Origin: a virus
Virus record (IMG/VR): IMGVR_UViG_3300012665_001507
Length of the DNA stretch: 64,000 nucleotides
Strand: one strand, 5' to 3'
Numbering within the stretch: position 1 is the stretch's first letter; each line of letters opens with the position of its first letter. Shown here one piece after another: positions 54,348-64,000 of the stretch. Under the pieces are notes generated by a model. It had not been told where the DNA came from, ran no database searches, and saw nothing but the letters and a program-made list of their open reading frames with translations. The translations under genes and the position numbers were made by a program.

Positions 54348-56702
54348 TTAGCTTGAGCAACCTACACACTCAAATTGACTCTCAGTTGGTTTTTCAACCT
54401 GTTTCTGTTTTGTCATATCGATTGCCAAGTGTTTTGCTTTGTTGTCAACAGATTCACTTCTTAAGTAGTATTGCCCAGTTTTCAACCCTAATTTCCATGC
54501 AAGTGTATGTGATGTTGTTAGTTTACCAACTGTAGGTGTACTAAAGAAAATATTAAGACTTTGTGACTGGTCAATAAATGGTGCTCTATCAGCAGACATT
54601 TCAATAAGTGCTTTTTGAGATATTTCCCAAACAGTTTTATATCGGTCTTTCATTTCTTGACTAATAATTGGAATATTTTGTACACTTCCATTATTTTTTA
54701 TCAGTTCACTAAGTGTTTCTCTATTCCATAACCCTTCAGATTCTAAATCCCTAACCAAGTGTTTGTTTACCATGGCAAATTCACCACCTGTTACTCTACG
54801 AACATATAAGTTTGATGTAAATGGTTCAAATGCTTCGTTTGAACCGATAACACGAGCCGAACTAGCTGTTGGTGGACATGTTGTCACCAAAGAGTTTCTA
54901 ACCCCGTATCTTTTAATATCTTTTCTTAATTGTTTCCAATCGTGCATACCAGATAAATCTTCTTCTTTTCTTTTTCTAGTTATAACGTTACCTAGTTCGT
55001 CACTTTCAGTGATATCCCACATTTCCCATTGAAACACACCTTGTGAGATTGGAGAACCTTCATAACCATCGTAAGTTAAACCAGTTTCTTTAGCTAAATC
55101 ACAGGATTCCCTTAACGCATTAAAATAAATTGTTTCAAAGATATCTTTATTTAATTTTCTAGCTTCTTCAGATGTAAAAACTAATTTCATCATTGCAAAC
55201 ACATCAGCCAATCCTTGAATACCGATACCTAAAGCTCTTTGCTCTAAACCACCCTTTCTACCTTCTTTGGTTGAGTAATCGTTAACTTCAAGTGCAATAT
55301 TTAATGATTTAGTTATTGAGCGTGTAACTCTTCCTAAACCTTCAAAATCATATTCATTACCATTTACAAATTTTTGAATTGGAATAGATGTCAAAGTACA
55401 AATTGCTGTGGTTTCAGAGTCTGTAACTTCCATAATCTCAGAACACAAATTGCTAGAGTGAATAACACCCATATTTTTTTGGTTTGACTTGTTATTTGCA
55501 TGGTCTTTAAAACACATGTAAGGCATTCCAGTTTCAATTTGCGATTCTAAAATCTTAAGCCATAAATCATGTGCTTTTATTTTAACCCCTATACCCATCT
55601 CTACGGCTTTATTATACTCATCTTCGTATTCTTTACCATAAATCTCATAAAAAGGCTTTAAACCAGCTTTCTCGATGTCGTGAGGGCAAAATAGATGCCA
55701 ATAACCATTTGATTCTACAGCTTTCATAAAATTATCTGGAATCCAAAGGGCAGAAAATAAATCACGAGCCCTTAATTCTTCAGCACCAACTTTTTTTCTA
55801 ATATCTAATACATCAAAAATATCTTTATGCCATGGTTCAATATAAACAGCACATGAACCAGGTCTCTTACCTCTTTGGTTCCAAAATCTAAGTGTTTCAT
55901 TAACAACTTTAAGGTATTTTAATATACCACCAGCTTTACCATTAGAATTACCAACGTTGCTTTCTTTAGAACGAATATTGGATATTGCTAATCCAATACC
56001 TTCAGCTTTTGAAGATGAAATCGCTATCCTACCCAATATATTCAACAATCCTTCTGTTGAATCATCTGGAACAATTGATAGGTTGCATGACGCTATTTGA
56101 CCTATAGTTGTTCCAATGTTCATTTTTAATGGCGTAGCTGGACTTTCTTTTTGAAAACTTAAATCGTTATATTTTTCAATAAAGTCTTCTGGTGTATTGG
56201 TTGTCATAAGGGCAACTCTAACATACATTTGTTGTGGTCTTTCTAAAATCACACCTTCTGAAGATTTCAAAAGATAAATATCTTTAAGTGAACACCAACC
56301 AAAATAATCAAAATGAAAATCTCTTTTATAATCAACAGTCGATTCGATTAATTCTATATTTTCTTTTATTTTTTGATAGTAAGCGTCATTTAATAACCCA
56401 GCGTTATACATTTTCTTAGCACCTTTCATAAACGAATCTTCAGTTTCTTTATGAAGCTTTGTTATTGAAATATTTGCCGCTAATTTTGAATAGTCTGGGT
56501 GATTCATCGCTAACGATTCAGCTACAACCGAAATCAAATCATCTAATTCGTTTGTAGTCATATTATCAGCGATACCTTGTGTTACTTTAATGAAAACCTC
56601 ATCAGCATTAATTTTTAATGTTTCTGATTGTTTTTTAATTCTCATTAAAATTTTATTTGGATTGAAGTCAATTTTACTTCCGTTTCTTTTTATTACTTGC
56701 AT
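54348..56702 (-). CDS. nrdA: Ribonucleoside-diphosphate reductase class Ia alpha subunit with ATP cone
   Basis: VIKRNG ATP cone, ERPQ, ASC, SNLCSE, PPTASS, DQSQSLN, GLKTGQYYLR and C-terminal CVGC. Confidence 0.96.
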   Translation of the reverse strand: MQVIKRNGSKIDFNPNKILMRIKKQSETLKINADEVFIKVTQGIADNMTTNELDDLISVVAESLAMNHPDYSKLAANISITKLHKETEDSFMKGAKKMYNAGLLNDAYYQKIKENIELIESTVDYKRDFHFDYFGWCSLKDIYLLKSSEGVILERPQQMYVRVALMTTNTPEDFIEKYNDLSFQKESPATPLKMNIGTTIGQIASCNLSIVPDDSTEGLLNILGRIAISSSKAEGIGLAISNIRSKESNVGNSNGKAGGILKYLKVVNETLRFWNQRGKRPGSCAVYIEPWHKDIFDVLDIRKKVGAEELRARDLFSALWIPDNFMKAVESNGYWHLFCPHDIEKAGLKPFYEIYGKEYEDEYNKAVEMGIGVKIKAHDLWLKILESQIETGMPYMCFKDHANNKSNQKNMGVIHSSNLCSEIMEVTDSETTAICTLTSIPIQKFVNGNEYDFEGLGRVTRSITKSLNIALEVNDYSTKEGRKGGLEQRALGIGIQGLADVFAMMKLVFTSEEARKLNKDIFETIYFNALRESCDLAKETGLTYDGYEGSPISQGVFQWEMWDITESDELGNVITRKRKEEDLSGMHDWKQLRKDIKRYGVRNSLVTTCPPTASSARVIGSNEAFEPFTSNLYVRRVTGGEFAMVNKHLVRDLESEGLWNRETLSELIKNNGSVQNIPIISQEMKDRYKTVWEISQKALIEMSADRAPFIDQSQSLNIFFSTPTVGKLTTSHTLAWKLGLKTGQYYLRSESVDNKAKHLAIDMTKQKQVEKPTESQFECVGCSS

Positions 56703-56712
56703 ATCTTATTTT

Positions 56713-57666
56713 TTAAATTTCCTCATCAAATGATATCGGCCCACTTAAGTCAGCTGATTTATATTCTGTTGAACGACCTTCGAAGAAGTTCTGTTTTGTT
56801 TTCAATGCAATTTGGTTCATGAACTCAAAAGGATTCTTTGCGTTAAATTCTTTTTCACAACCTAATTGAGAAAGTAGACCGTCAACAACAAACTCTAAGT
56901 ATTGTTTCATTAAATCAGCATTCATCCCAATAAGTGATACTGGTAAAGATTCAGTAATGAATTCTTTTTCAATCTCTAATGCTGATAAGAAAATTTCACG
57001 GATTCTTGATTTTGATGGTTTTTCAACTATATGATTATTTAATAAATGTATGGCAAAATCAGCATGCATAGCTTCATCTCTAGAAATAAAAGCATTTGAA
57101 TCACACAACCCAGGCATTAACCCTCTAGATTTTAAATAAAAAATACTACAGAATGAACCAGAGAAAAATATACCTTCAACAGCCACAAAAGCAATCAAAC
57201 GTTCAACAAAAGAGTCCGAATCAATCCATCTTAACGCCCATTCAGCTTTCTTTTTTACTGGTGGCATATATTCAATAGCGTTAAAACATTCTTGTCTTTC
57301 TTTGGTGTCTTTTATGTACGTATCGATAAGTAGCGAGTACATTTGACTGTGAATGTTTTCCATCATAATTTGAAAACCATAGAAAAATTTAGCTTCAGTA
57401 TATTGCACTTCATTTAAAAAGTTAATAGCTAAATTCTCATTCACAATACCATCAGAAGCGGCAAAGAATGCTAACACGTTTTTAATGAAATATCTTTCAT
57501 TATCATTTAATTTGGTTTCCCAATGAGCAATGTCTTTGGATAAATCAAGTTCTTCCACAGTCCACATAGCTGCTTTTTGGTCTAGGTAGTACTCCCAAAG
57601 GTCTTGATGTTCTATTGGAAATAAAACGAATCTGTTTGGATTACTAATTAATATTGGTTCTGTCAT
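56713..57666 (-). CDS. nrdB: Ribonucleoside-diphosphate reductase class Ia beta subunit
   Basis: [38 protein letters not shown] and NFFE. Confidence 0.96.
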   Translation of the reverse strand: MTEPILISNPNRFVLFPIEHQDLWEYYLDQKAAMWTVEELDLSKDIAHWETKLNDNERYFIKNVLAFFAASDGIVNENLAINFLNEVQYTEAKFFYGFQIMMENIHSQMYSLLIDTYIKDTKERQECFNAIEYMPPVKKKAEWALRWIDSDSFVERLIAFVAVEGIFFSGSFCSIFYLKSRGLMPGLCDSNAFISRDEAMHADFAIHLLNNHIVEKPSKSRIREIFLSALEIEKEFITESLPVSLIGMNADLMKQYLEFVVDGLLSQLGCEKEFNAKNPFEFMNQIALKTKQNFFEGRSTEYKSADLSGPISFDEEI

Positions 57667-57711
57667 TTTGTTTTTTTTGTTAAATTTTTATTTTATTTTT
57701 TCACACTATTG

Positions 57712-59109
57712 TTAAGTTGCACCGTTTAGCGTAGTATTTCTATTTTGAGCTGCCGCTAATACTGTGTTAACTCTTTTTTGACTCACTTCTTCTTTATCAC
57801 TTTTGTGTTCCGTTTGAGTTCTTGCACCTTTACTTTCACCCATATCAATTTGAATTCTTGAGTTATCAAATCTAATATCTTGGAAAATAAGACCATCCTT
57901 ACCAAAACGAGATTTAAGTATCGCCATTGTAGCAGTACCCGCTTCTTTTTGGTCTAAGTTTTTTGCTATCGATACGATAAAGTGACCAATTTGACCTTTT
58001 TTAATTGAACCACCCATTTGGTTGGCTTCAACTACGTCAGCAGAAATAGAACTTCTGTTACCTTGAACCGCTGTCCATCCAGCTATATCTAATTCCGATA
58101 AAAGCGTTTCAAATTGTCTCATCACACTACCCTCACCAGCGTTAACATCATCAAACTTTCTAGATGGTTCAACGCAGTCAATGTAATCTAATAATACGAT
58201 ATCTGGTCTAAACCCTTGGGCAATCAACCTTCTAATGTGTTGTCTAATTACTGGAATTGTAGTACCATCACTAGAAAACTTTTTAAGTTTAAGGTTTTCA
58301 TGTGGTAAAGTAGAAACGATTTCATATATTTCTTCTTTATGTAAACTTAAACTGTTTAATTCATAACCAGAAGAACAAGCCAAGTGTTTTCTTTGGATAA
58401 CTTTTGGGTTATCCTCGAAAAATATTTGTAAAACGTTATAACCATCTGCCATTGCAGTATTGGCTAATTTTGTCATCATGGTAGTTTTACCCACACCAAA
58501 TGGTGCTAAGATTACCCCTAACTCACCTTTGGATAAACCACCATCCATAACTTCATCTAAACCTTTAATACCAGTAGCGATTGGTTTTCTAAAATCATCA
58601 ACCAAAACATGCTCAATACCATCAAAAACGTTAATACCGTCATCTTTGCTATCACCGTGTTCTAGTGCTTTTCTAATAATCGCTTCAACTTGCTCGTAAT
58701 CCTCAAGATTACCTCTTTCGATAATCTTATTAACTTGCATCATCGATTTTTTCATCTCTTGTTGCTTGCAAAATCTCATAGCCATATCTTGAACCTTTAA
58801 GGTATCATTCAAATCAGCTTCTTGGATTTTACGAAGTTGTTGGATAACATACTTTCTTTGGTAGTCATCCTTAACATCTTCTAATAATCTGAATTCAAGA
58901 CTACCAACATCTGGAACGATGTCATCGGTAGTCTTTGCATCTTTTATTGTTGCAGCAATTACTCGCAAATACTGGTCTTCAAAGTAGTTTGGGTCAACGA
59001 TATCTAATATGGAATTTGCGAACTTTCTATCCGTTAAAAATTGTGCTATAAGTCTAATTTGGTAGTCGTGTCCTAAATAACCGAAAGTATTTTTATCTAT
59101 TTTTGCCAT
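57712..59109 (-). CDS. dnaB: Replicative DNA helicase, DnaB/T4 gp41-like
   Basis: Walker A APFGVGKT, LDYID, TAVQGNR and KSRFG. Confidence 0.9.
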   Translation of the reverse strand: MAKIDKNTFGYLGHDYQIRLIAQFLTDRKFANSILDIVDPNYFEDQYLRVIAATIKDAKTTDDIVPDVGSLEFRLLEDVKDDYQRKYVIQQLRKIQEADLNDTLKVQDMAMRFCKQQEMKKSMMQVNKIIERGNLEDYEQVEAIIRKALEHGDSKDDGINVFDGIEHVLVDDFRKPIATGIKGLDEVMDGGLSKGELGVILAPFGVGKTTMMTKLANTAMADGYNVLQIFFEDNPKVIQRKHLACSSGYELNSLSLHKEEIYEIVSTLPHENLKLKKFSSDGTTIPVIRQHIRRLIAQGFRPDIVLLDYIDCVEPSRKFDDVNAGEGSVMRQFETLLSELDIAGWTAVQGNRSSISADVVEANQMGGSIKKGQIGHFIVSIAKNLDQKEAGTATMAILKSRFGKDGLIFQDIRFDNSRIQIDMGESKGARTQTEHKSDKEEVSQKRVNTVLAAAQNRNTTLNGAT

Positions 59110-59165
59110 TCTATTTTTTCTCTTTTTTAAAAACCTGTGTTATAATAAATATTTAATGATTACCA

Positions 59166-59663
59166 TTAAAGTGCAACAATTGAATAATTTTTTCTACTCA
59201 TTGTTTGTCTAATCTCAGTCATCACTGCTGGGATAATTTCTCTAATATCAACACTAACCTTTGGGTTTAAAGTGAAGAATTCGTTTGAGAATTGTGCTGA
59301 AGCAACTACTCTTTTATCAACCTTAAACTCAAATTGAAACATATCGCCCTTTTTAGCTGGTGCTTTGTATGATTCATCTGTTTGATTGAAGTACGGGTTA
59401 TAACTATCCCAAAGGTACTGCATAGATTTTTGTTTTAGGTAGTTAGGAATAATCCCTAGAGTACCAAATTCACCGTTATTCATTCCAGCGATTTCATCCA
59501 TCATTTCTTTAATCTCTAAAGAGTTAATTGATTCTTCATTGAAATCAAAGATGTGGAAATATCTTTGACAGATGATGTTGTTGTTAATGTAAAGTACGAA
59601 TTCAAATCTTTGTTCTTCGATTTTTTTCGTAATTGGCGTTGTTGATTTTTCTTTAGTGTTCAT
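59166..59663 (-). CDS. Hypothetical protein in the replication cluster
   Basis: 165 aa ORF. Confidence 0.75.
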   Translation of the reverse strand: MNTKEKSTTPITKKIEEQRFEFVLYINNNIICQRYFHIFDFNEESINSLEIKEMMDEIAGMNNGEFGTLGIIPNYLKQKSMQYLWDSYNPYFNQTDESYKAPAKKGDMFQFEFKVDKRVVASAQFSNEFFTLNPKVSVDIREIIPAVMTEIRQTMSRKNYSIVAL

Positions 59664-59678
59664 ATTGTTTGTTTTTAT

Positions 59679-60731
59679 TTAAAATATTAGTTTTTCTCTT
59701 GCTATTAGAGTCTTAAAAGGCATTAGATATTCTGGGTATCTATGTTCACCTATTGTCTTATCAATCCCATCTCTTTTCATGTATAGTAGAACGTTTTTTA
59801 AGTCTCTCCCCGATGAGTCTAGGGTTCCATCAATTAACTGTTCTAAATCCGAAATACCATCTTCAGTCATCATAGGTTTTCTTAGGTTTACCAGTTGTTC
59901 GTTAATTTCGTAAACTCTTTCACCTTGAACACCTTCTGTTACAGCATTGACTATATTGTCCAATACCTTAAGTGGTTTTTTCTTGTCGATTAATCTTTGT
60001 TCTTGTTGTTTTTTTGCATTCTCTAAAATTTCGGTTAAACTTACTTTTCTTTCTACCAATTCTGGAAATAATGATACGAGTGTTGTTTCACCCAATCCTT
60101 TGATACCTTTGATACTATCACTTGAATCACCTGTCATTGTTTTAACCAATGCCGCATTCTCATAATGATAACAAAAATACGAAGAAAAATTGACATTATC
60201 AACATATTTCTTCAAATCTAGGAAATAAACTCTAACATTATCTTGGATAAGTTGGGCCATGTCCCTATCATTACTCACAATAGTGATTTTTTCGTTTTCT
60301 TTTTTTGTTAGACAATAGTATGCTATAAAATCATCACCTTCGATGACTTCATGTTTTAATTGTCGCACATACATTTCATTTAGATATTCCCAGACTATTT
60401 CTCTTTGCATCAATTCTGATTCATCGATGGGTTGGGTCCCGTTTTTGTAATCCTTACCTCTACCGCTTTTATACGGTTCATAAATTTCATATCTTAATTT
60501 ACCGCTAAAGTTACCGTCCCAAAATACATAGACTCTATGATATAAATCATCGTCTAATACCATTCTAAGCGTAGTAAGGAATTGATAGATACCACCCACA
60601 TGATTTCCATGTTGGTTATACTGACCTTTGGCTCCGAAAAACCCTGTCTTAAACAGGGCGTTTCCGTCTACCAATAATGTATTTTGTATCTTTAAAGTAA
60701 TTTCACCATTACGTGGTGGTCTTTTGTTCAT
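59679..60731 (-). CDS. 5'-3' exonuclease / flap endonuclease (T4 RNase H, PolI N-terminal family)
   Basis: LLVDGNAL, YKSGR, EGDDFIA, SNDRD and GDSSDSIKGIKGLG (H3TH). Confidence 0.9.
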   Translation of the reverse strand: MNKRPPRNGEITLKIQNTLLVDGNALFKTGFFGAKGQYNQHGNHVGGIYQFLTTLRMVLDDDLYHRVYVFWDGNFSGKLRYEIYEPYKSGRGKDYKNGTQPIDESELMQREIVWEYLNEMYVRQLKHEVIEGDDFIAYYCLTKKENEKITIVSNDRDMAQLIQDNVRVYFLDLKKYVDNVNFSSYFCYHYENAALVKTMTGDSSDSIKGIKGLGETTLVSLFPELVERKVSLTEILENAKKQQEQRLIDKKKPLKVLDNIVNAVTEGVQGERVYEINEQLVNLRKPMMTEDGISDLEQLIDGTLDSSGRDLKNVLLYMKRDGIDKTIGEHRYPEYLMPFKTLIAREKLIF

Positions 60732-60762
60732 GTAAGAACATTTAAAAGGTTAATAAATAGTT

Positions 60763-61875
60763 TTAGTCTTTTTCGTAAGCATCAGCATCAAAATCATGCT
60801 CTTTAACTTCAAAGTCTGAAAATGATGTACCTAACTTTGCGTTAATGAAATCTTTTTGTTCTTTAACGTAGTCATTTTTTTCTGTTGGGTTTACGAACCC
60901 GTGTGGTGTCGAGCAAATGTTACCCATTCTTTCAATACCGTTAACGTGGTTCTTAACACATTTGATATCTGTCATTACACCGAATTGGTAAGATTTACCA
61001 CCCATTACAGCATCTAATTTCTTAGCAGATGATGTCGACATACCACCCATGTGGAAAATAAGTCTAACACCGTATTTGAATCCTTCACCACCATTATGCA
61101 TAACGGTTGGTTGTCCAACTGCGTTTGGTCTTAACCAAATTTTTTGTACAGCAACAAACGTGTTAATGAATGGAGCTTTCTCTCTTCTAGAAGCTGGAAT
61201 TCTAAAGTTTAGAATTGACTCAAAAGACCTTTTTAAAGCACCAGCAGTCCATTGGTTATTGTTTGTGTTTGACACAGCACCTTCGTAACATCCGATTGAA
61301 CCAATAGAGTCCCAAACAAAAGTAACGTTTCTATCAAAATCACCTTTATCTTGTTTATCCATTATCTCATTCATAGCACGTGCTATATCTTCAACAACTG
61401 GGATAAATCTTTGTGGTGATTGAGTCATCTTACCAGATTTGTAATCAAAATTTTGGTATAATTGAACCAAGTCACTACCACCAAAGTACATAAAGTCATC
61501 ACCATCATAATCAATGATTTCACCAGTGTCTTCATCAGCAATTTCATTAAATTTGAAACCAACTAGTTTAGCGTGTTCCCAGTTAAAACTACCTTCAGTA
61601 TCAAAAATAACAACATAATCACCCAATTTTTGAGCACCAGCAATTGTTTCGTAGATACCTGTTGATTTACCAACATCGGAAAATCCACGGAACTGAGTAG
61701 TGTAACCACGTGGAACACCTGGAAGACCTACTGCATCATGGAAAGCTTTTTTAAACGGAATCCACGCTAATTCTTTTTCTTTAACTGTTTGTTCACCTAG
61801 ACCTAGGCTTGTTTTGAAACTTTTATTATCGAAAGCTTTTTTTTCGATTGGTTTCTTTTCTGGTTTTTTAGCCAT
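60763..61875 (-). CDS. recA: RecA/UvsX-like recombinase
   Basis: GVPRG, Walker A GFSDVGKS, FDTEG, WDSIG, GGEGFKY and KNH. Confidence 0.85.
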   Translation of the reverse strand: MAKKPEKKPIEKKAFDNKSFKTSLGLGEQTVKEKELAWIPFKKAFHDAVGLPGVPRGYTTQFRGFSDVGKSTGIYETIAGAQKLGDYVVIFDTEGSFNWEHAKLVGFKFNEIADEDTGEIIDYDGDDFMYFGGSDLVQLYQNFDYKSGKMTQSPQRFIPVVEDIARAMNEIMDKQDKGDFDRNVTFVWDSIGSIGCYEGAVSNTNNNQWTAGALKRSFESILNFRIPASRREKAPFINTFVAVQKIWLRPNAVGQPTVMHNGGEGFKYGVRLIFHMGGMSTSSAKKLDAVMGGKSYQFGVMTDIKCVKNHVNGIERMGNICSTPHGFVNPTEKNDYVKEQKDFINAKLGTSFSDFEVKEHDFDADAYEKD

Positions 61876-61909
61876 TTGTTATAAAATTTATTGTTTGTTA
61901 TCTTAGAAC

Positions 61910-61938
61910 AAAAAAGAGGCAATTCCTCACCTCTTTTT
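61910..61938 (-). terminator. Intrinsic terminator after the SSB gene
   Basis: AAAAAAGAGG-N9-CCTCTTTTT. Confidence 0.7.
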
Positions 61939-61956
61939 GTTTTGTTTAATCCTAAA

Positions 61957-62853
61957 TTAGAATGGTAAATCGTCTTCTTCTGCATCAGTAGAAGCAGTAG
62001 TCGTTTCAACAGTTTCAGCAACTTGTAAACTAGCTTTGATGTTTTCAACACCCATAGTTAATTCAGCCTCCAAAGTAGCATCAGCATTTTCAGAAGTTAA
62101 AGCTTCTTTATCAACGAATTTTTTCTCTTCTTTATCCCACACTGGAATTCCACCTCTAACAATGATTTCTAAGTAATCATATGTTCTTACTGAATAAACA
62201 TCTTCCCATGTTCTAGCATCAGACATCCATAAATCTTTTTGTTCTTGGTCTTCTGACAATGCAGAAGGGTCAAGTGAAGCAACAGCTGATACAACTGGAA
62301 TGTTGTTCATGTTTCTGTTAATAGTCAATAACAAGTCACGACCATTTTCTGCGTTTGTAACGTCTTTTTTGATTGCGTTAAGAACACCGATGATTTTATC
62401 ATAGATACCCTCTTTACGGTAATCGTGGTTGAATCTCCAGAATTTAACACCTTCATCTTCGTGCTCTCTGTCGATTACTTTAACAACATACATCTTACGT
62501 GCGTTGTATTTTTTTGCTAACTCTTTGTCAGATTCTTTTCCAGTTGCTAATAAAGCTTCACGAGCTTCACAGAAAGGACAAGCCTCACCTTTTTCATGTT
62601 TCAAACATGCGAATGTTTTCCATTCACCGTCCACTTGAACTTTGTGAGTGTGTACTTCTACGAATGGTGTAGAACCATCAGCTGTAGGAAGAATTCTGAT
62701 TTGTTTTGTTGCAGACTTAATACCTTCTTTAATGTAGGTATTAAAATAGTTTTTAAGGTCATAAACCTTAGCTTCAGTTTTCACTGGTCTTGGTGCATTG
62801 TTTTTTTCATACTGTGCAAGCATAGCATCCAATGCGTTTTTTTCATTACTCAT
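61957..62853 (-). CDS. Single-stranded DNA-binding protein, T4 gp32-like
   Basis: IRILP, Zn site C..CPFC, GRDL and acidic tail EEDDLPF. Confidence 0.85.
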   Translation of the reverse strand: MSNEKNALDAMLAQYEKNNAPRPVKTEAKVYDLKNYFNTYIKEGIKSATKQIRILPTADGSTPFVEVHTHKVQVDGEWKTFACLKHEKGEACPFCEAREALLATGKESDKELAKKYNARKMYVVKVIDREHEDEGVKFWRFNHDYRKEGIYDKIIGVLNAIKKDVTNAENGRDLLLTINRNMNNIPVVSAVASLDPSALSEDQEQKDLWMSDARTWEDVYSVRTYDYLEIIVRGGIPVWDKEEKKFVDKEALTSENADATLEAELTMGVENIKASLQVAETVETTTASTDAEEDDLPF

Positions 62854-62904
62854 TTTTGTTTGTTTTATATATTTACGTTATTTATTCTCTTCTAAATTGT
62901 TATA

Positions 62905-63043
62905 CAAATATACGAACTTTTAGTCCAAAAGTCAATAGGTTTTAGGTTAAAAACACACCTTATTACTAAATTATTTTCTTATCTGCAATAGGTAATTATA
63001 CCCGATTTTATACAAAGGTACGAACATTTTACTGTATATGCAA
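62905..63043 (-). promoter_or_regulatory. Two tandem Bacteroidetes-type promoters for the SSB/replication operon
   Basis: TTGA-N19-TATATTTG (62905-62935) and TTGC-N19-TACCTTTG (63013-63043). Confidence 0.8.
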
Positions 63044-63095
63044 CTAAAATTTAGTATTTGTACTAAAAAAAACTAGAATGTATTCTATAACAAAC

Positions 63096-63122
63096 AAAAA
63101 AGGCCCTAAAATAGGGCCTTTT
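63096..63122 (-). terminator. Intrinsic terminator
   Basis: AAAAAAGGCCCTA-AAA-TAGGGCCTTTT. Confidence 0.85.
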
Positions 63123-63141
63123 GATACTTTTTATATTTTTA

Positions 63142-63906
63142 TTAGATATCTTCTTCTTCGAATTCATCAGTATTAACTGTAAAGCTTTTTTTGATGTCTG
63201 GTTCACTATAATCATAGTCAACATCATCTTGTTTTAAAGTATATTCTTCTTTTTTGTCGTTACCCATAACATCATACGCTCCTTCTTTGTCGGCCCAATA
63301 ATCAGTTAATTTTTGACTGTAAGGAAAAGAACTTAATGAACGCATTTCTAATTTTTCAACTGGAGTTGGATTTCTTTTAACGATTTCTTTTTCTAAATCT
63401 TCAATTTTAGCAGAAACTGAATCCATTCTAGCGATACGTGCTTCTAAGTCGGATAACTTGCTCATTAACATTTCAGAGTTTTGACTAGCTTGTTCAGCAG
63501 CAGCTTTAGCGTCTTCCGAACCTTGTACCAATGAAGTAACATCTACTTCAACTGAATCATCGACTGGTTCTTCAATTGCTGGTTCTTCAATTGCTGGTTC
63601 CGCTTCTGGTTCTGGCATGTCACCTACAGGTGCATCATCAACTGGTTCAGCGTCAACACCTAATTCACCAGCAACAGCGTCAGCAGCATTTGCATCTACT
63701 TCACCGTTACCTTCAGCATCTGCTGGTTGTAAATCATCTGGTGCTTCGTCACCTTCAGCTTCTTCTAATTCAGTACCTAATAAAAGTGCTTCATCTTTAT
63801 ATTCTACTTCAGATTTTTCACCAGTATAAAAATCGTAATTTTCAAGCATTTTGAATCTTTTCAATTCTTCTTTAAGTAATTCTGGGTTAAATTTGTTTTT
63901 GCTCAT
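63142..63906 (-). CDS. Acidic protein with a coiled coil; possible head core/scaffold-type protein
   Basis: LLKEELKRF start, D/E/P/A-rich linker with an EPAIE repeat, then a coiled coil. Confidence 0.6.
   Translation of the reverse strand: MSKNKFNPELLKEELKRFKMLENYDFYTGEKSEVEYKDEALLLGTELEEAEGDEAPDDLQPADAEGNGEVDANAADAVAGELGVDAEPVDDAPVGDMPEPEAEPAIEEPAIEEPVDDSVEVDVTSLVQGSEDAKAAAEQASQNSEMLMSKLSDLEARIARMDSVSAKIEDLEKEIVKRNPTPVEKLEMRSLSSFPYSQKLTDYWADKEGAYDVMGNDKKEEYTLKQDDVDYDYSEPDIKKSFTVNTDEFEEEDI
63564..63600 (-). repeat. 15-bp in-frame tandem repeat (EPAIE)
   Basis: CTGGTTCTTCAATTG x2.5. Confidence 0.85.
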
Positions 63907-64000
63907 TAGAATAATAATTGTCTTCCGTCTTCTGTTATTATTTTTTTGTTGATTCTTTCTACAAGGCTTTTATCCCCTTTAATAACACAAACACCAGAAC
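63906..64000 (-). CDS. 3' end of a hypothetical gene truncated by the window edge
   Basis: Manual translation ...SGVCVIKGDKSLVERINKKIITEDGRQLLF*; TAATG coupling at 63906. Confidence 0.6.
   Translation of the reverse strand, partial: SGVCVIKGDKSLVERINKKIITEDGRQLLF

Noticed and set aside
54348-61875. Introns or inteins in nrdA, nrdB, helicase or recA
   Set aside because: The ORFs are continuous and of normal length with no intein or homing-endonuclease motifs; only a short insert in NrdA (ESDELGNVITRKRK)
26834-62051. Short same-strand alternative-frame ORFs (26834..27034, 33420..33608, 42570..42797, 51138..51338, 61803..62051)
   Set aside because: They are nested in or overlap larger genes and show no motifs or initiation signals
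499-63854. Many plus-strand ORFs in the track (e.g. 2666..3088, 3982..4473, 5718..6245, 10430..10963, 21077..21484, 62596..62895)
   Set aside because: They lie antisense to well-supported minus-strand genes, have Ser/Phe/Leu-rich shadow composition and lack promoters
1-64000. Stop-codon reassignment as in some Bacteroidota phages
   Set aside because: Conserved genes are full length in the standard code, coding density is high, and TAG and TGA both occur as real stops

Overview
A 64 kb, AT-rich segment of a large T4-like (probably jumbo) myophage; nearly all genes are on the minus strand in standard genetic code. The host is very probably Bacteroidota. Eleven intergenic promoters read TTGn-N19-TAnnTTTG, the Bacteroidetes housekeeping promoter, and the phage encodes a Bacteroidetes-type RpoD-like sigma factor, an Hc1 histone-like protein and a lipoprotein with a CSKDE start. 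Modules from left to right: (1) accessory genes, including a Ro60/TROVE-related DUF2828-vWA protein followed by a ~220 nt structured RNA candidate, RNase HII, a lipoprotein and Hc1; (2) peptidoglycan enzymes (GH19, YkuD-like, a degenerate amidase) and a spanin-like pair; (3) acidic, probably capsid-internal proteins with T4 CTS-like N-termini, one pair joined by an A10 frameshift site; (4) sigma factor, SbcCD/gp46-47, PD-(D/E)XK nuclease, GNAT, primase and RuvC-like resolvase; (5) a ~27 kb baseplate/tail-fibre block with an SHAEG-repeat fibre, an SprB-repeat protein, gp6- and gp25-like wedges and an embedded minimal nucleotidyltransferase; (6) NrdAB, DnaB/gp41 helicase, 5'-3' exonuclease, RecA/UvsX and gp32-like SSB. 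A second motif (TATTTATA, mostly 13-16 nt before the ATG) marks late genes, and a possible third promoter class is visible. I saw no tRNA, rRNA, CRISPR array, intron, intein or IS element. All family assignments come from motif recognition by eye; no database searches were run.
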